Assembly: GCF_006345805.1 (NCBI RefSeq)
Contig: NC_042998.1
Coordinates: forward strand, 171,740,001 to 171,804,000
DNA length: 64,000 nt
Origin: Octopus sinensis
Lineage: Eukaryota
Reading direction: 5' to 3'
A model generated the notes under the pieces. The model did no database searches and had not been told where the DNA came from. It saw only the letters and a program-made list of their open reading frames with translations. The translations under genes and the position numbers were made by a program. Positions 23,266 through 35,250 of this stretch are shown here, in pieces (position 1 is the stretch's first letter; each line of letters starts with the position of its first letter).

Positions 23266-23600
23266 CGCATGGCTCAGTGGTTAGAGCGTCGAGCTTATGA
23301 TCGTGAGGTTGTGAGCTCGAATCCAGGACCGGGCTGCGTGTTGTGTTCTTGAGCAAGGCACTTTATTTCACGTTGCTCCAGTTCACTCAGCTGTAGAAAT
23401 GAGTTGCGACGTCACTGGTGCCAAGCTGTATCGACCTTTGTCATTCCCTTGGATAACACTGGTGGCGTGGAGAGGGGAGGCTGGTATGCATGGGCGACTG
23501 CTGGTCTTCCATAAACAACCTTGCCCGGACTTGTGTCTAGGAGGGTAACTTTCTAGGTGCAATCCCATGGTCATTCATGACCGAAGGGGGTCTTTACCCT
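23263..23600 (+). mobile_element. tRNA-derived SINE with CORE/V-like domain (CpG-rich, probably young)
   Basis: ggcgcatggctcagtggttagagcgtc...gctcgaatccagg, in (TA)n context. Confidence 0.9.
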
Positions 23601-23739
23601 TATATATATATTCTCTCCTTGTTTCTTTCTGTGTTCCTTTCTGTGGAAGAGTGTAGGCACGAAATGTTAAAGACTTTTTCATTTCCCGAGCATTATACTA
23701 ATACATCTGTTTGTTGTCTACACTACCAGTCTTCATGAA

Positions 23740-23935
23740 TGCTTGATACATCTCTGCAAGCGAGGCATTTTGGAAGTTGTATGGATTCTTTATACACCTA
23801 GAGTTGAGAAGCTTCCCTGTCATTTGCCTGGCAAACAGTTGGTACTATTTGACAATGATTCTGTGAACTAGGCTGTGCAAAAAGGACCAGCGACAACAAA
23901 ATTGACAGCTTTCTTTGATACCAATAGACAAGATG
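23740..23935 (+). mobile_element. Helitron RepHel fragment
   Basis: YISASEAFWKLYGF..H..PRVEKLPCHLPGKQLV....GPATTKLTAFFDTN, a conserved Helitron linker motif. Confidence 0.85.
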
Positions 23936-24065
23936 AAAAAGCTTGACAGATATTATACCATAATGGGATTTTTTAAAAACTTCAAATGGCTACTGGAGTC
24001 CAGCAGAGTCAAACAGGAATCAAAAGGGTCCACAGGCAAAAAATGGTTGAGAACCACTGATGTAA

Positions 24066-24413
24066 GCAGTTCTCAACCACTTTTTAATCTATGGACCCCT
24101 TTGATTACTATTTTATTTTGGTGATCCCTACATAGCCATTTGATGTTTAAAAACTAGTTTTAAAGACACTTCTTTCAAAATTCTTATTTTATTTTTCACC
24201 CATTATCTTGTGTAAGTTGAACTATGTAAAATGTTAGACAAAGAAACTTAGCTGTTTTTTGCAATGCATACCAATATAGACATCAGAAACAAAAACTTTT
24301 TAAGGGGTCCTTAAAATACTATTGTAGATCCTAAATTTATTATTTTGTTGTGTGGACACCCAGAAGTCTTATATTGACCCTCAGGGGCCATATGGACCCT
24401 GGTTGGGAACCAC
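24066..24413. mobile_element. hAT (Charlie-like) MITE, with the end of a second one at about 23990-24060
   Basis: Termini cagttctcaacc...ggaccctggttgggaaccac; upstream piece ends ggttgagaaccactg. Confidence 0.7.
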
Positions 24414-25147
24414 ATATATAAATGGACGCAGTTGAAGTTCGTTTATATGTCATTCATTTGTTAAACGTTCATTTTTCATTGCCAACATGGGTTGGACAGA
24501 ATTATTCAAGACAGGATTTTACAGATAGCTCTTCATGTGGCCAGCCCTCACCTGATTTTCGAATTAGGACTTTTTTAATTCCAGAGGTCTCGAAATGTGC
24601 AAAGTGACCAGTCATAATGTTAGCAAGGGATGTTAACATCATCACCTTTCAACTAAAGCAGTGACAAGAGTGGAAGATCAACATTCACATACATTTATGC
24701 TAAAATACACATATCATCATCACCACCATCATTTGATGGACTGTCAGGGATTGAACCAGTTCTTATTGGTATCTACTGCGCTTATAGACTGGTGCTACTT
24801 TGTGTCATTTTAGATTAATTTCTATGACTGGATGTTCTTTCTGTTATCAACCACTTTACAGATGTCACTGGGTGCATTTTCTTGTGGCACTAGAGATGTC
24901 ACATCTTTGGTGAAACAGAAGTAAAAGAATCTCTCATCTTTACTTTTCCTCTGCATGCTTAGCAACCACTCTAGAGAAGTTGCCAGGGAAGCTATTTGTC
25001 ATGGTATCAGCAAACGCAGTGGTGCTTTATACATTATCAGTGTAGAGAGTATCGAGTATATTAAAACTGGATACTTTTGCTCAGGTAATGTAACCAAGGA
25101 AGGGAATAGGAGAGAGAGAGAGAGAAAGAGAGAAGAGAGAGAGAGAA

Positions 25148-25192
<45 letters not shown>

Positions 25193-25439
25193 AAGAGAGA
25201 GAGTTGGGTGAGCAGAGAATATGAACAGTAGAAAGGCTAAAATGGTTAGGAGCAAGAGTAAGATGGCAAAATCAGTTATTTGAATGGAGATAGAAGGGGA
25301 ATGATGAGCAATTAGAGAGGTGGACAAAGACAAGAGTAGGTAAAGTGTGATGATAGAAGTGGCTCCTTCAGGTGCGTGTGTGCATGTGTGTGAGACAGAG
25401 AGACAGAGGAGAGAAAGAGAGATAGTTAGATATAGTTAG

Positions 25440-25491
<52 letters not shown>

Positions 25492-25709
25492 TAAGTGTGT
25501 GTATGCACCCACACCACTCCAATCCTAATCACTTCACATACACATTAAAGCAACATATTTATACAACACACACAATTCAAACAAATGTACGCAAACACAC
25601 ACACCTGCATCAACATGTACATAAACTACACCAACCTTCTGTCACAGTAGGGAATCTACACATACTTAATGCTACAAAATACTCATACATCATCATCATT
25701 GTCATTGTT

Positions 25710-27378
25710 CATTTAACGTCCGCTTTCCATGCTGGCATGGGTTGGACGATCTGACTGAGGACTGGTGAACCAGATGGCTGTACCAGACTCCAATCTGATC
25801 TGACAGAGTTTCTACAGCTTGATGCTCTTCCTAATGCCAACCACTCCAAGTTTGTAGTGGGTACTTTTATGTGCCACCGGCATGAGGACCAATTAGGTGG
25901 TACTGGCAACTGTCACACAGGAGCCAGTTCAGCAGCATTGGCAACGACCTCGATTGAATGTTTTTTCATGTGACACCAGCACAAGTGCCGGTAAGGTGAC
26001 ACTGGTAACCTCATGCTTGAATGGTACTTTTTACATGCCACCAGTACAGAAGCCAGTCAGCTGCTCTGGCAACGATTATGCTCGGATGGTGCTCTTAGCG
26101 CTCCACTAGCACGGATGTCAGTCATCGAATTTGATTTTGATTTCACTTACCGCAACAGGTCTTTACAAGCAGAGTTTAGTGTCCAATGAAGAAAAGGTAT
26201 GCATAAGTGGGCTGGTTACACCTCTGGCATAGGCCACGAGGTTATGGTCTCACTTGGCTTGCCGGGTCTTTTCACACACAACATATTTCCAAAGGTCTTG
26301 GTTACTAGTAATTGCTTTGGTGAAGCCTAATGTTCGAAGGTTGTGCTTCACCACCTCATCCCAGGTCTTCCTGGGTCTACCTCTTCCACAGGTTCCCTCA
26401 ACTGTTAGGGTGTGGCGCTTTTCCACACAGCTATCCTCATCCATTCTCTCCACATGACCTTCCAAGTGCAGTCGTCTCTCTTGCACACCACATCTGATGC
26501 TTCTTAGGTTCATATTTTCTCTCAAGATACTTACACTCTGTTGAGTATAGACACTGACATTACACATCCATCGGAGCATACTGGCTTCATTTCTTGCAAG
26601 CTTACGCATGTCCTCAGCAGTCACGGCCAATGTTTCATGGCCATGCAGTATGGCTGTTTGTACTCATGCGTCATACAGTCTACCTTTTACTCTGAGTGAG
26701 AGGCCCTTTGTCACCAGCCGAGGTAAGTGCTCTCTGAACTTTTCCCTGGCTATTCTTATTCTAGCAGCTACACTTTTAGCGCACCCTCCCCAGCTACTAA
26801 CTTGGTCACCTAGGTAATGGAAGCTATCAACTACTTCTAGTTTTTCTCCCTGGAATGTGGCGGAAGTTGTTCTCTGCACATTTTCAGTGTTTATTGCACC
26901 TTGAGCATCTGCCACATACAAAAACTATCTTCCCAGTTAGTCTTCCTTTGATATTGCTGCACCTCTCATGTGTCCATAGCTTACACTGGGTACATCTTAT
27001 AGAATTTCTACCTACGCCTTTTCTACAGATCGAGCAGGGCTATCTACCTGAAGGCGTTTGTGGTTTGTCTGCCTTCCTACTTATTAGGACTTTGGTTTTA
27101 GCTAGGTTGACACTAAGGCCCTTCGATGCTAATCCTTGCTTCTCCTCTACTTCTGATAGTGACTCAGCAATTAGAGCAAGGTTGTCAGCATAGAGGAGCT
27201 CCCAGGGGCATTCTGTCTTGAATTCCTCTGTTATTACCTGGAGAACTATGATAAAAAGGAGGAGGCTAAGGACTGAACCTTGGTGGACCCCTACCTCTAC
27301 CCGGAATTCTTCACTGTACTCATTGCCAACCGGCATCTTACTGACAGCATCCCTGTACATGACTTGCACAGCTCTCAT
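25710..27378 (-). mobile_element. RTE LINE 3' half (RT, C-terminus, 3'UTR), frameshifted
   Basis: ORFs 27040-27378 (GVHQGSVLSLLLFIIVL...LLYADNL), 26664-26921 and 26250-26630 (GRGRPRKTW). Confidence 0.95.
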
Positions 27379-27902
27379 GGCTTCCGATCTTAACTGATTG
27401 GAAGTGTTATCATGTACATTGTTTTGTCTTGGTATAAAAGATTGGCTACAGCAAATATTCTGCTCAATACTACAGATTTGTTTGTCAGTTGTTTGATCTT
27501 AACCAGTTGACCATGTCCCTTAGTGGCTGATGATATGTGCATCTCTGATCACGAGCAGAAGTAGTGGGGGAGCATCATAGCCATATGTGTTGAGAGGGTT
27601 TCTTTGGGGCTTGAATAATTCACCTCTGGAAACATGGGTGTTTCTTTCAAAATCCTTAAACAACCCTTATTCAGGGACCTTTTGAGCAGGATGGGTTACT
27701 CAACCAGAAGAAAATTCTAACTGGGCCTCACCTACAAGGTCATGTGCTGTTTATCTTGATATGAGATCACCATGTCGCGCACATATGGTTGTGATACATG
27801 TACCTGGTGTATCCTTATCAGACGGGTAGTCATGATGGGTATACTGGGCTTCGTATATTTTACCCCAGTGCTACTTTAATGGCATGCACTTCTCTCTCAC
27901 TC

Positions 27903-27905
<3 letters not shown>
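27365..27905 (+). mobile_element. (AAT)n-associated retroposon
   Basis: Homologous to 4207-4765, with an (AAT)n tail to about 27942. Confidence 0.9.
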
Positions 27906-27944
<39 letters not shown>

Positions 27945-27989
27945 CGAAAAATTTGATCATATGCACAGTGTTGTTCTGGAAGAAGTTTA

Positions 27990-28400
27990 GGTTCATGTTC
28001 GTTCACAAATGCAGCCATGTCTTTGATGTCATAATTTGGCTCTTGCTATGCTTCTTGAAGTTAAATCACTAATTTGACAGTTTGGTTTTGGCAGTCCAGA
28101 CTCTTGCAAATTTTTGCTGCCCATGGTCAAAACTTGATCCTCAATTTCAGTCAGTTCTTGGTTAAAAATTGTTTCAGAAAACTGAATATTAATAGTTGGG
28201 TTTGTCTGTTGAACTGCGTACTTTAAGTCTTCAACCATGTCCTAATGGTGTTTCATGCAAAGCTGTAGGGGACTGCCAAGTTGACACATGTTCAGTATAA
28301 TTGCAAATAAAGTTACGAAGTTTCCTTGGAGAATTTGATAGTGATACTTCAGTCAATGCAAGGTCCCAATGCTCATCATTTTTTTAAAAAACCTTGACCG
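27990..28400 (-). mobile_element. Helitron RepHel fragment
   Basis: DDEHWDLALTEVSLSNSPRKLR..FAIILNMC...DMVEDL...IFNQELTEIEDQVLTMGSKNLQESGLPKP. Confidence 0.85.
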
Positions 28401-29099
28401 TTTAGTTTCTACAGCTGGATGCCCTTCCTAATGCCAGTCAGTCCAAGTGTGTAATGGTTGCTTTTATGTGCCACTGGAATGGGCGTCAGTTACATGATAC
28501 TGGCATCAGCCACGATTACAATTCCACTTGGTTTGATGAGTCCTATCAAGCATGGTATATTGCCGTGCATGAGAAGATATCACCACCACCACCACCACCA
28601 CCATCATCACTGATTTAATTTTCACTGTTCCATGACTGCATTGATTGGACAGAATTCATTGAACCAGATTTTCTGCAGTCAAATGTCATTCCTGTTGTCA
28701 ACCATTACTTTTTTCCAAGCAAGGTAAAATTTCCCCATGGCTGGGCATGTCTTCATGGAAGATATGAAAAGAAAGCCACTGCTCATATGACAGTGAGGCT
28801 CATTTACAATTACCACATGATGCAAGACAAAGAGATACAAACAGAGAAAAACACATATATACATATATGTGTGTATCATTTCATACATTGTATATGGCAA
28901 TCTTCGTTCAGTTTCCTTCTACCAATCCATTCACAAGGCTTTGTTGTTGGGCCTGAAGCTACTCAAGGTGACACACAGTGGAATTGAACATGAAACTACA
29001 TGGCTAGGAAATGATCTTCTTAACCACACAACCATGTATACATATGTGTGTGTGTATGTGCATGTATAAGATATAAATATGTAAATAAATATGTAATGA

Positions 29100-31770
29100 T
29101 CATTATTTATGTCTTGTCTTGTCCAGCAACATGAGGACCAAAGAACTGAAGTATTTTGGATTGCAAGACAGTGTGTGAGAGAAAATTGTGATGCCATAGG
29201 AGAGAAATGTGTCCGCATGGATGATGGTGCACTTGCTTTTAATGATACGGAAAAGAAAGAGGCTTGGAGAAGCCATTATGAAAGACTGCTGAATGTGGAG
29301 AATGAATAGGAGGAGGAGAGCTTGCCCAGTAGAGGGACCAGCCATCCGAATAGACAGCACCCTGGTAGATAAAGCAATTAAGGGTATGAAGCCAGGAAAA
29401 GCTCCCGGCCCATCAGAAATCACTGCTGAGATGCTTAAGACATCTGGTAGTGTGGGCTATGGCCTAGTCACCCATATTGTAAACCAGGTAGTTCATGATG
29501 GAGTCATACCCAATGATTGGAGTAGCAGCTACAAGGGTATCAAACTGCTGGATCAAGTGATGAAGGTCATGGAGAGAGTCATAGCCCAACTAATTAGGGA
29601 GAAAGTCTGTTTAGATGAGATGCAGTTCGGTTTTGTGCCAGGTAGATGCTATATTCCTGGTACGGCAACCACAGGAGAAATACCTAGCCAATGATAAACC
29701 CCTATACTTGGCTTTTGTGGACTTGGAGAAAGCCTTTGAAAGGGTCCCCCTGATCCCTTATCTGGTAGGCAATGTGGAAACTGGGATTGATGAATGGTTA
29801 ATAAGGGCTCTACAGGCCCTATACAGAGACACCCTTACTAAGGTTAGGGTTGGCAATGAGTACAGTGAAGAATTCTGGGTCCACCAAGGATCAGCCTTCA
29901 GCCCCCTCTTATTCATCATAGTACTCCAAGCAATAACAGAGTAATTCAAGACAGGTTGTTCCTGGGTGCTCCTCTATGCTGATGACCTGGCCCTCATAGC
30001 AGAATCACTACCAGAACTAGAGAAGAAATTTCAGGTGTGGAAGCAAGGTTTAGAATCGAAGAGCTTTAGAGTCAATGTTGCAAAGACCAAAGTTCTAGTA
30101 AGTAGGAAAGCAAACACATCACAAACCCCTTCAGGCAGGTGGCTCTGCTCAATCTGCAAAAAAGTCGTAGGTAGAAACTCCATAAGATGTACCTAGTGTA
30201 AGCTATGGACACAAGAGGGGCAGTAATATCAAAGGAAGATTAACCAGGAAGACAGCTTTCATGTGCGGTAGATGCACAGGGGCAATAAACACTACAGATG
30301 CTCAGAAAACACATTCCATCACATGCCAGTGGGAGAAACTAGAAGTAGTTGATAGCTTCCACTACCTAGGTGACCAAGTCTGTAGTGGGGGGGGGGATGC
30401 TCAGAGAGTGTTACCACTAGAATAAGAATAGCCTGGGCAAAGTTCAGAAAGTTTCTACTCCTACTGGTGAGAAAGGGCCTCTCACTCAGAGTGAAAGGTA
30501 AATTGTACAATGCATGGGTGTGAACTGCCATGCTTCACGGCAGTGAAGCATGAGCTGTGACTGCTGAAGATATGTGTAGGCTCGAAAGAAATGAAGCTAG
30601 AAAGCTGGCAGAAACGCTAGCACATTGGGCAAAATGCTTAGCGGTATTTCGTCTGCCGTTACGTTGTGATTTCAAATTCCGCTGAGGTTGACTTTACCTT
30701 TCATCCTTTCGGGGTCGATAAATTAAGTCCCAGTTACGCACTGGGGTCGATGTAATCGTCTTAATACCTATGTCTGTCCTTGTTTGTCCCCTCTATGTTT
30801 AGCCCCTTGTGGGTAATAAAGAAATAGGTATTTTGTCTGCCATTACCTTCTGAGTTCAAATTCTGCCGAGGTCGACTTTGCCTTTCATCCTTTCGAGGTT
30901 GACAAATTAAGTATCAGTTACGCACTGGGGTCGATGTAATCGACTTAATCCGTTTGTCTGTCCTTGTTTGTCCCCTCTATGTTTAGCCCCTTGAGGGCAA
31001 TAAAGAAATAAGAAATGAAGCTAGCATGATCCTCTGGATGTGTAATGTCAGTGTACACACCCGACAGAGTGTAAGAACCCTGAGAAAAATGTTGGACATA
31101 AGAAGAATCGGATATAGCATGCAAGTGAGACGTTTGTGTTGGTGTGGTCATGTACTACAGATGGATGAGGAGAGCTGTTTGGGAGTGGCACTGTTAGAAG
31201 TGCCACTCCCAAACAGTGGAAAGAATCTGGGGTAGAGGGAGACCCAGGAAAACATGAGATGAGGTGGTGAAGCATGACCTTCGAATGTTGGGCCTCACAG
31301 AGGCAATGTCAAAAGACTGAGACCTCTGCAGATATGCTATGACTAAGAAGACCTGGCAAATAAAGTGAGTTCACAGCTGTAACTTGCACCAGTGTCGCAT
31401 AACCAGCCCACTCAAAAGTACCTTGGATCATAGGGTGACATGCCGTGCTTGAGGAGACCTGTTGAGTCAAGTACATCAAAATCAAATGGAAATTGTAGTT
31501 GTGATCCCTGTGCCAATGGCCCATAAAAAGCACCATCCAAATGTGGCTGATGCCAGCTCCACCTCAACTGTCTTCTGTGCTGGTGGCACGTAAAAAGCAC
31601 TGACTATACTCTTGGAGTGGTTGATGTTAAGAAGGGCATCCAGAAGTAGAAACACTGCCAGATCAGACTGGAGCCTAGTGCAGCCTCCTGGCTTCCCAGA
31701 CCCCAGTCAAACCGTCCAACCCATGCTAGCATGGAAAACGGATGTTAAACGACGACCATGATGATGATGA
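29100..31770 (+). mobile_element. RTE LINE (RT to 3'UTR) interrupted by a SINE dimer
   Basis: KAPGPSEITAEML, QFGFVPG, FVDLEKAF, LLYADDLALIAES; 3'UTR and (GAT)n tail at about 31750. Confidence 0.95.
30601..31009 (+). mobile_element. SINE dimer with 15-bp target-site duplication
   Basis: TSD aagaaatgaagctag at 30586-30600 and 31010-31024. One head and two bodies, each ending ...cccttg(t/a)ggg(t/c)aataaagaaata. Confidence 0.9.
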
Positions 31771-32229
31771 TAATGATATATATATATATATTTTCTTTAT
31801 TACCCACAAGGGGCTAAACACAGAGGGGACAAACAAGGACAGACATAAGTATTAAGTCGATTACATCGATCCCAGTGCATAACTGGTACTTAATTTATCG
31901 ACCCCGGAAGGATGAAAGGCAATATATATATGTATCATTATCATCATTATCATCAGTATTTAATGTCCATTGTCCATGTTGGCAAGCTGGAGAGCTGCAT
32001 CAGGCTCCAGTCTGATTTGGTATGGTTTCTATGGCTCGATGCCCTTCCTAAAACCAACAACTTTACAGATTGTGATTGCTTCCATGAGGCCCAACACTCT
32101 AAGGGTGCTTTGTATGTACCACTGGCACAGGTGCCAGTTATGTGACACCAGCATCAGCCATGATGACAATTTTACGTGACTTCGAGAGTCTTCTTAAGCA
32201 CAGCATACCGCCAAAGGTCTCAGTCACTA

Positions 32230-33690
32230 GTCATTGCCTCTGTGAGGCTCAAAGTTTGAAGATAATGCTTCACAACCCCGTCTCATATCTCCCTGGGTCT
32301 ACCTCTACCACAAGTTCCCTCTATAGTTAGAGATCAGTACTTCTTTACACAATTGTCCTCATCCATACGCATCACATGCCCATACCAGCACCCTGTCAAA
32401 GACTTTCACAAAGTCAACAAAAGCTGAGTACAAAGGTTTATCTTTGGCTATCTTTCTCCTACAGCTGCCTTACCAGAAATATATCACCAGTGGTGCTTCT
32501 CCCTGTCACAAAACCAAACTGCATCACATCTAGACTAACTCCCTCCCTAATTAGTTGGGTTATAACCCTCTCCATAACTTTCTTCATTTGATCCAACAAT
32601 TTGATACCACTGTAATTATTTCTATTTAAGGCATCACCTTTATCTTTGTAGCAGTTAACTATGGTACTGCTATACTAGTCACTGGATATGACTCCTTTGT
32701 GAACCACCTGATTTACAATATGGGTGACTAGACCATAACCTACACTGCCAGATATTTTCAGCATCTCAGCAGTGATTTGTGATGAGCCAGGGGATTTCCC
32801 TGTCTTCATATCCTTAATTGCTTTATCTACCAAGGTACTGTCGATTCAGATAGCTGGTCCCTCAACTAGGTCAACATTTGGCAGATTCTCCTATTCTCAT
32901 TCATTATCCACATCCAACAGTCTTTCATAATAGCATTTCCAAGCCTTTTGCTTTGCAGAATCATTAAATGCAAGTCGTCATCATTCATGTGGACACATTT
33001 CTCTATGATATCACAATTTTCTCTCACATGCTGTCTTGCAATCTGAAGTTTTCGGACCTCACAAACTTTTTTTATTTTCAGTTTTTTCCCTGGCTAGATA
33101 TACCTTTCTCCTAGCTTCCCTTCTGACTATATGATACAGTTCCCTACTACTCCCATTCTTCCAGGTCGGTTTCTTTGCTCTAATTGCCCTGTCTACAGCA
33201 TTTTTCCACTTCCAGGTCACCCTAGGATGGGATTTTGCACCAGCTGCAGACGTGGCCTGTGGCACTCAGCTAGCTGTCTCACAGGAATTCCCAGTTGTCT
33301 TCTATGTCACAAGTCTGTAGCACCTCCTCCCTCACATTAAATTTCTCATTTAGGATGTCCCTAAATCTCTGATCATCTGAAGGGTCCTTAAGCTTCCAAA
33401 TCCTTTTCCAGATTGGTCTACTTCTTGGCATCCTTCTGGTCTGGAGTCTAAAGTCACTAATGACTAGTCGATGCTGAGGGTATTTAAGAGCAACCATGCA
33501 TCCAGCTGTCTGGTGAGATTGTAATCAATCTGGCTAGCACAGTCACCTGTAGGTTATCAGGTTATTGATAGGTGGTTGGCTTCATGAAGTTGGTGTTGCA
33601 GATCAATAGGGTATTTGCATCACAGAACTCCAGTAGCCTTGTTCCCTCTTCATTTCAGGAAATTCTGTTTTGTGCCAGGAAAAACAGTGG
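32230..33690 (-). mobile_element. RTE LINE fragment (AP endonuclease end to RT start)
   Basis: NEEGTRLLEFCDANTLLICNTNFMKP, YPQHRLVISDF, RPIWKRIWKLKD. Confidence 0.9.
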
Positions 33691-33826
33691 CCAAAACAAT
33701 TGCCCTACCTCAAACAGCTTACAAGAAAAGCTGGTAAACCACTAATCTGATTTGGCATGGTTTCTACAGCTGGATACCCTTCTTAATGTCAACAACTTCA
33801 AGAATGTCTACTTTTATATATATATA

Positions 33827-34760
33827 TTGAGTTGTCCGCAAAGTTCATGCCGATTTTTAAAGGAAAGAAAAAGTCAATAAATACTTGCCATTATATTTTT
33901 AATCAAGCAAATATGAACCATTTTGTTGCACAATGTGTCTCCATCTTTCCTTTAACTTGAAAATACTCTCTTCCTAGAATTGAGGTGGTTTCAGGGCAAA
34001 GAATTCATCAAGGTATCTTTTTACATCACCCAATGAATTGAAATTTTTACCATTAAGACTATTCTGCAGAGACCTGAATAAGGGGAAATCCGAAGGAGCA
34101 ATATCTGGTGAATATGGAGGGTGGAGTAACACGTCCCAGCCGAGCTGCAGCAATTTTTGTCTGGTTCCCAAAGAAAGATGCGGTCTTGCATTATTATGTT
34201 GGAAAACAACACCCTTCCTGTTGGCCATTTCTCTTGAATTGCTGCTTTTAACTCGTCCAGTTGTGTGCAGTATTGTCTGGTTACTTGGGAGAAGCTCATA
34301 GTACTGAATTCCTTTCCAATCCCACCAGATACAAAGCAAGACTTTTTTAAGGTGAAGACCCACTATTGGGGTGGCTAAGGGTGGCTCATGTCGCTTACTC
34401 CAAGATCGCTTTCTCTGAACATTTCAGTAGATAATCCATTTCTTATCACCTGTCACAATTTTCTTTAAAAAAAGTGTGTTTTCACTCCGTTTATAAAATG
34501 AATTACAGATGGAAATGCAATCCAAAAGGTTCTTCTCACTCAACTCATGTGGTACCCAAACATCATAGCGATTTGTGTACCTAAGCTTTACCAGGTGCTC
34601 ATGAATGACGGATTTTGATAGGTTGAAGCTTTCTGCCAATTCTCGGGTTGTGCAATGTGGGTTATTCTCAATTAATGACTTGATTTGGTCATCATCTGTA
34701 GTGGATGGTCTGCCTGATCGCTCTTTATCAATAAGGCTACAATCTCCAGCTCGAAACCTT
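33827..34760 (-). mobile_element. mariner (DD34D) transposase pseudogene with one TIR
   Basis: WVPHEL, IVTGDKKWIIY, KVLLCIWWDWKG, HNNARPH, HPPYSPDIAPSD. TA followed by TIR-like ttgagttgtccgcaaagttcatgccgatttt at 33827. Confidence 0.95.
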
Positions 34761-34961
34761 GCGAACTACTTAAAATGAAATGTCAGTGTTATTTTCATTT
34801 TTGTGTAATTTAGATGACAGTTTATTATTCACTGCACCTTGGGTATGTATACACACACACAAACTAAGGAAAAAAAATCCTTCAAAGAGGTGTGTAAAAC
34901 ATTCAATTTACTGGTGCGTCAGTTGAATACCACATAAATGTGGGTATAATTCAAATTACAA

Positions 34962-35250
34962 ACAATAAATTATTAAATAGAAAGATACAATTGACAATCC
35001 CATAATTTATTTATATTATAATATAACATGAGTATGATATAATATAATATAAGATAGCATAAATATAATATATATCATATAAGATAACATATCAAAAAAT
35101 GTATATGGGTCAAAACATATTGTTGGCTTTTTTGGTTGTTTATTTTATCTTATATTATAATTATATTATATTATATTCATAGTATATTATGTTATAATAT
35201 AAATTATTGGATTGTCAAGTGTATCTCTCTATTTAATTTATTGTCTATAC
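34962..35250. repeat. AT-rich foldback with ~90 bp imperfect inverted arms (MITE-like)
   Basis: aataaattattaaatagaaagatacaattgacaatcccataatttat versus the reverse complement of 35195-35248. Confidence 0.75.

Noticed and set aside
23263-23335. tRNA gene
   Set aside because: The A/B-box-like head runs straight into a SINE body that recurs at 10060-10388, so it is a SINE and not a tRNA.
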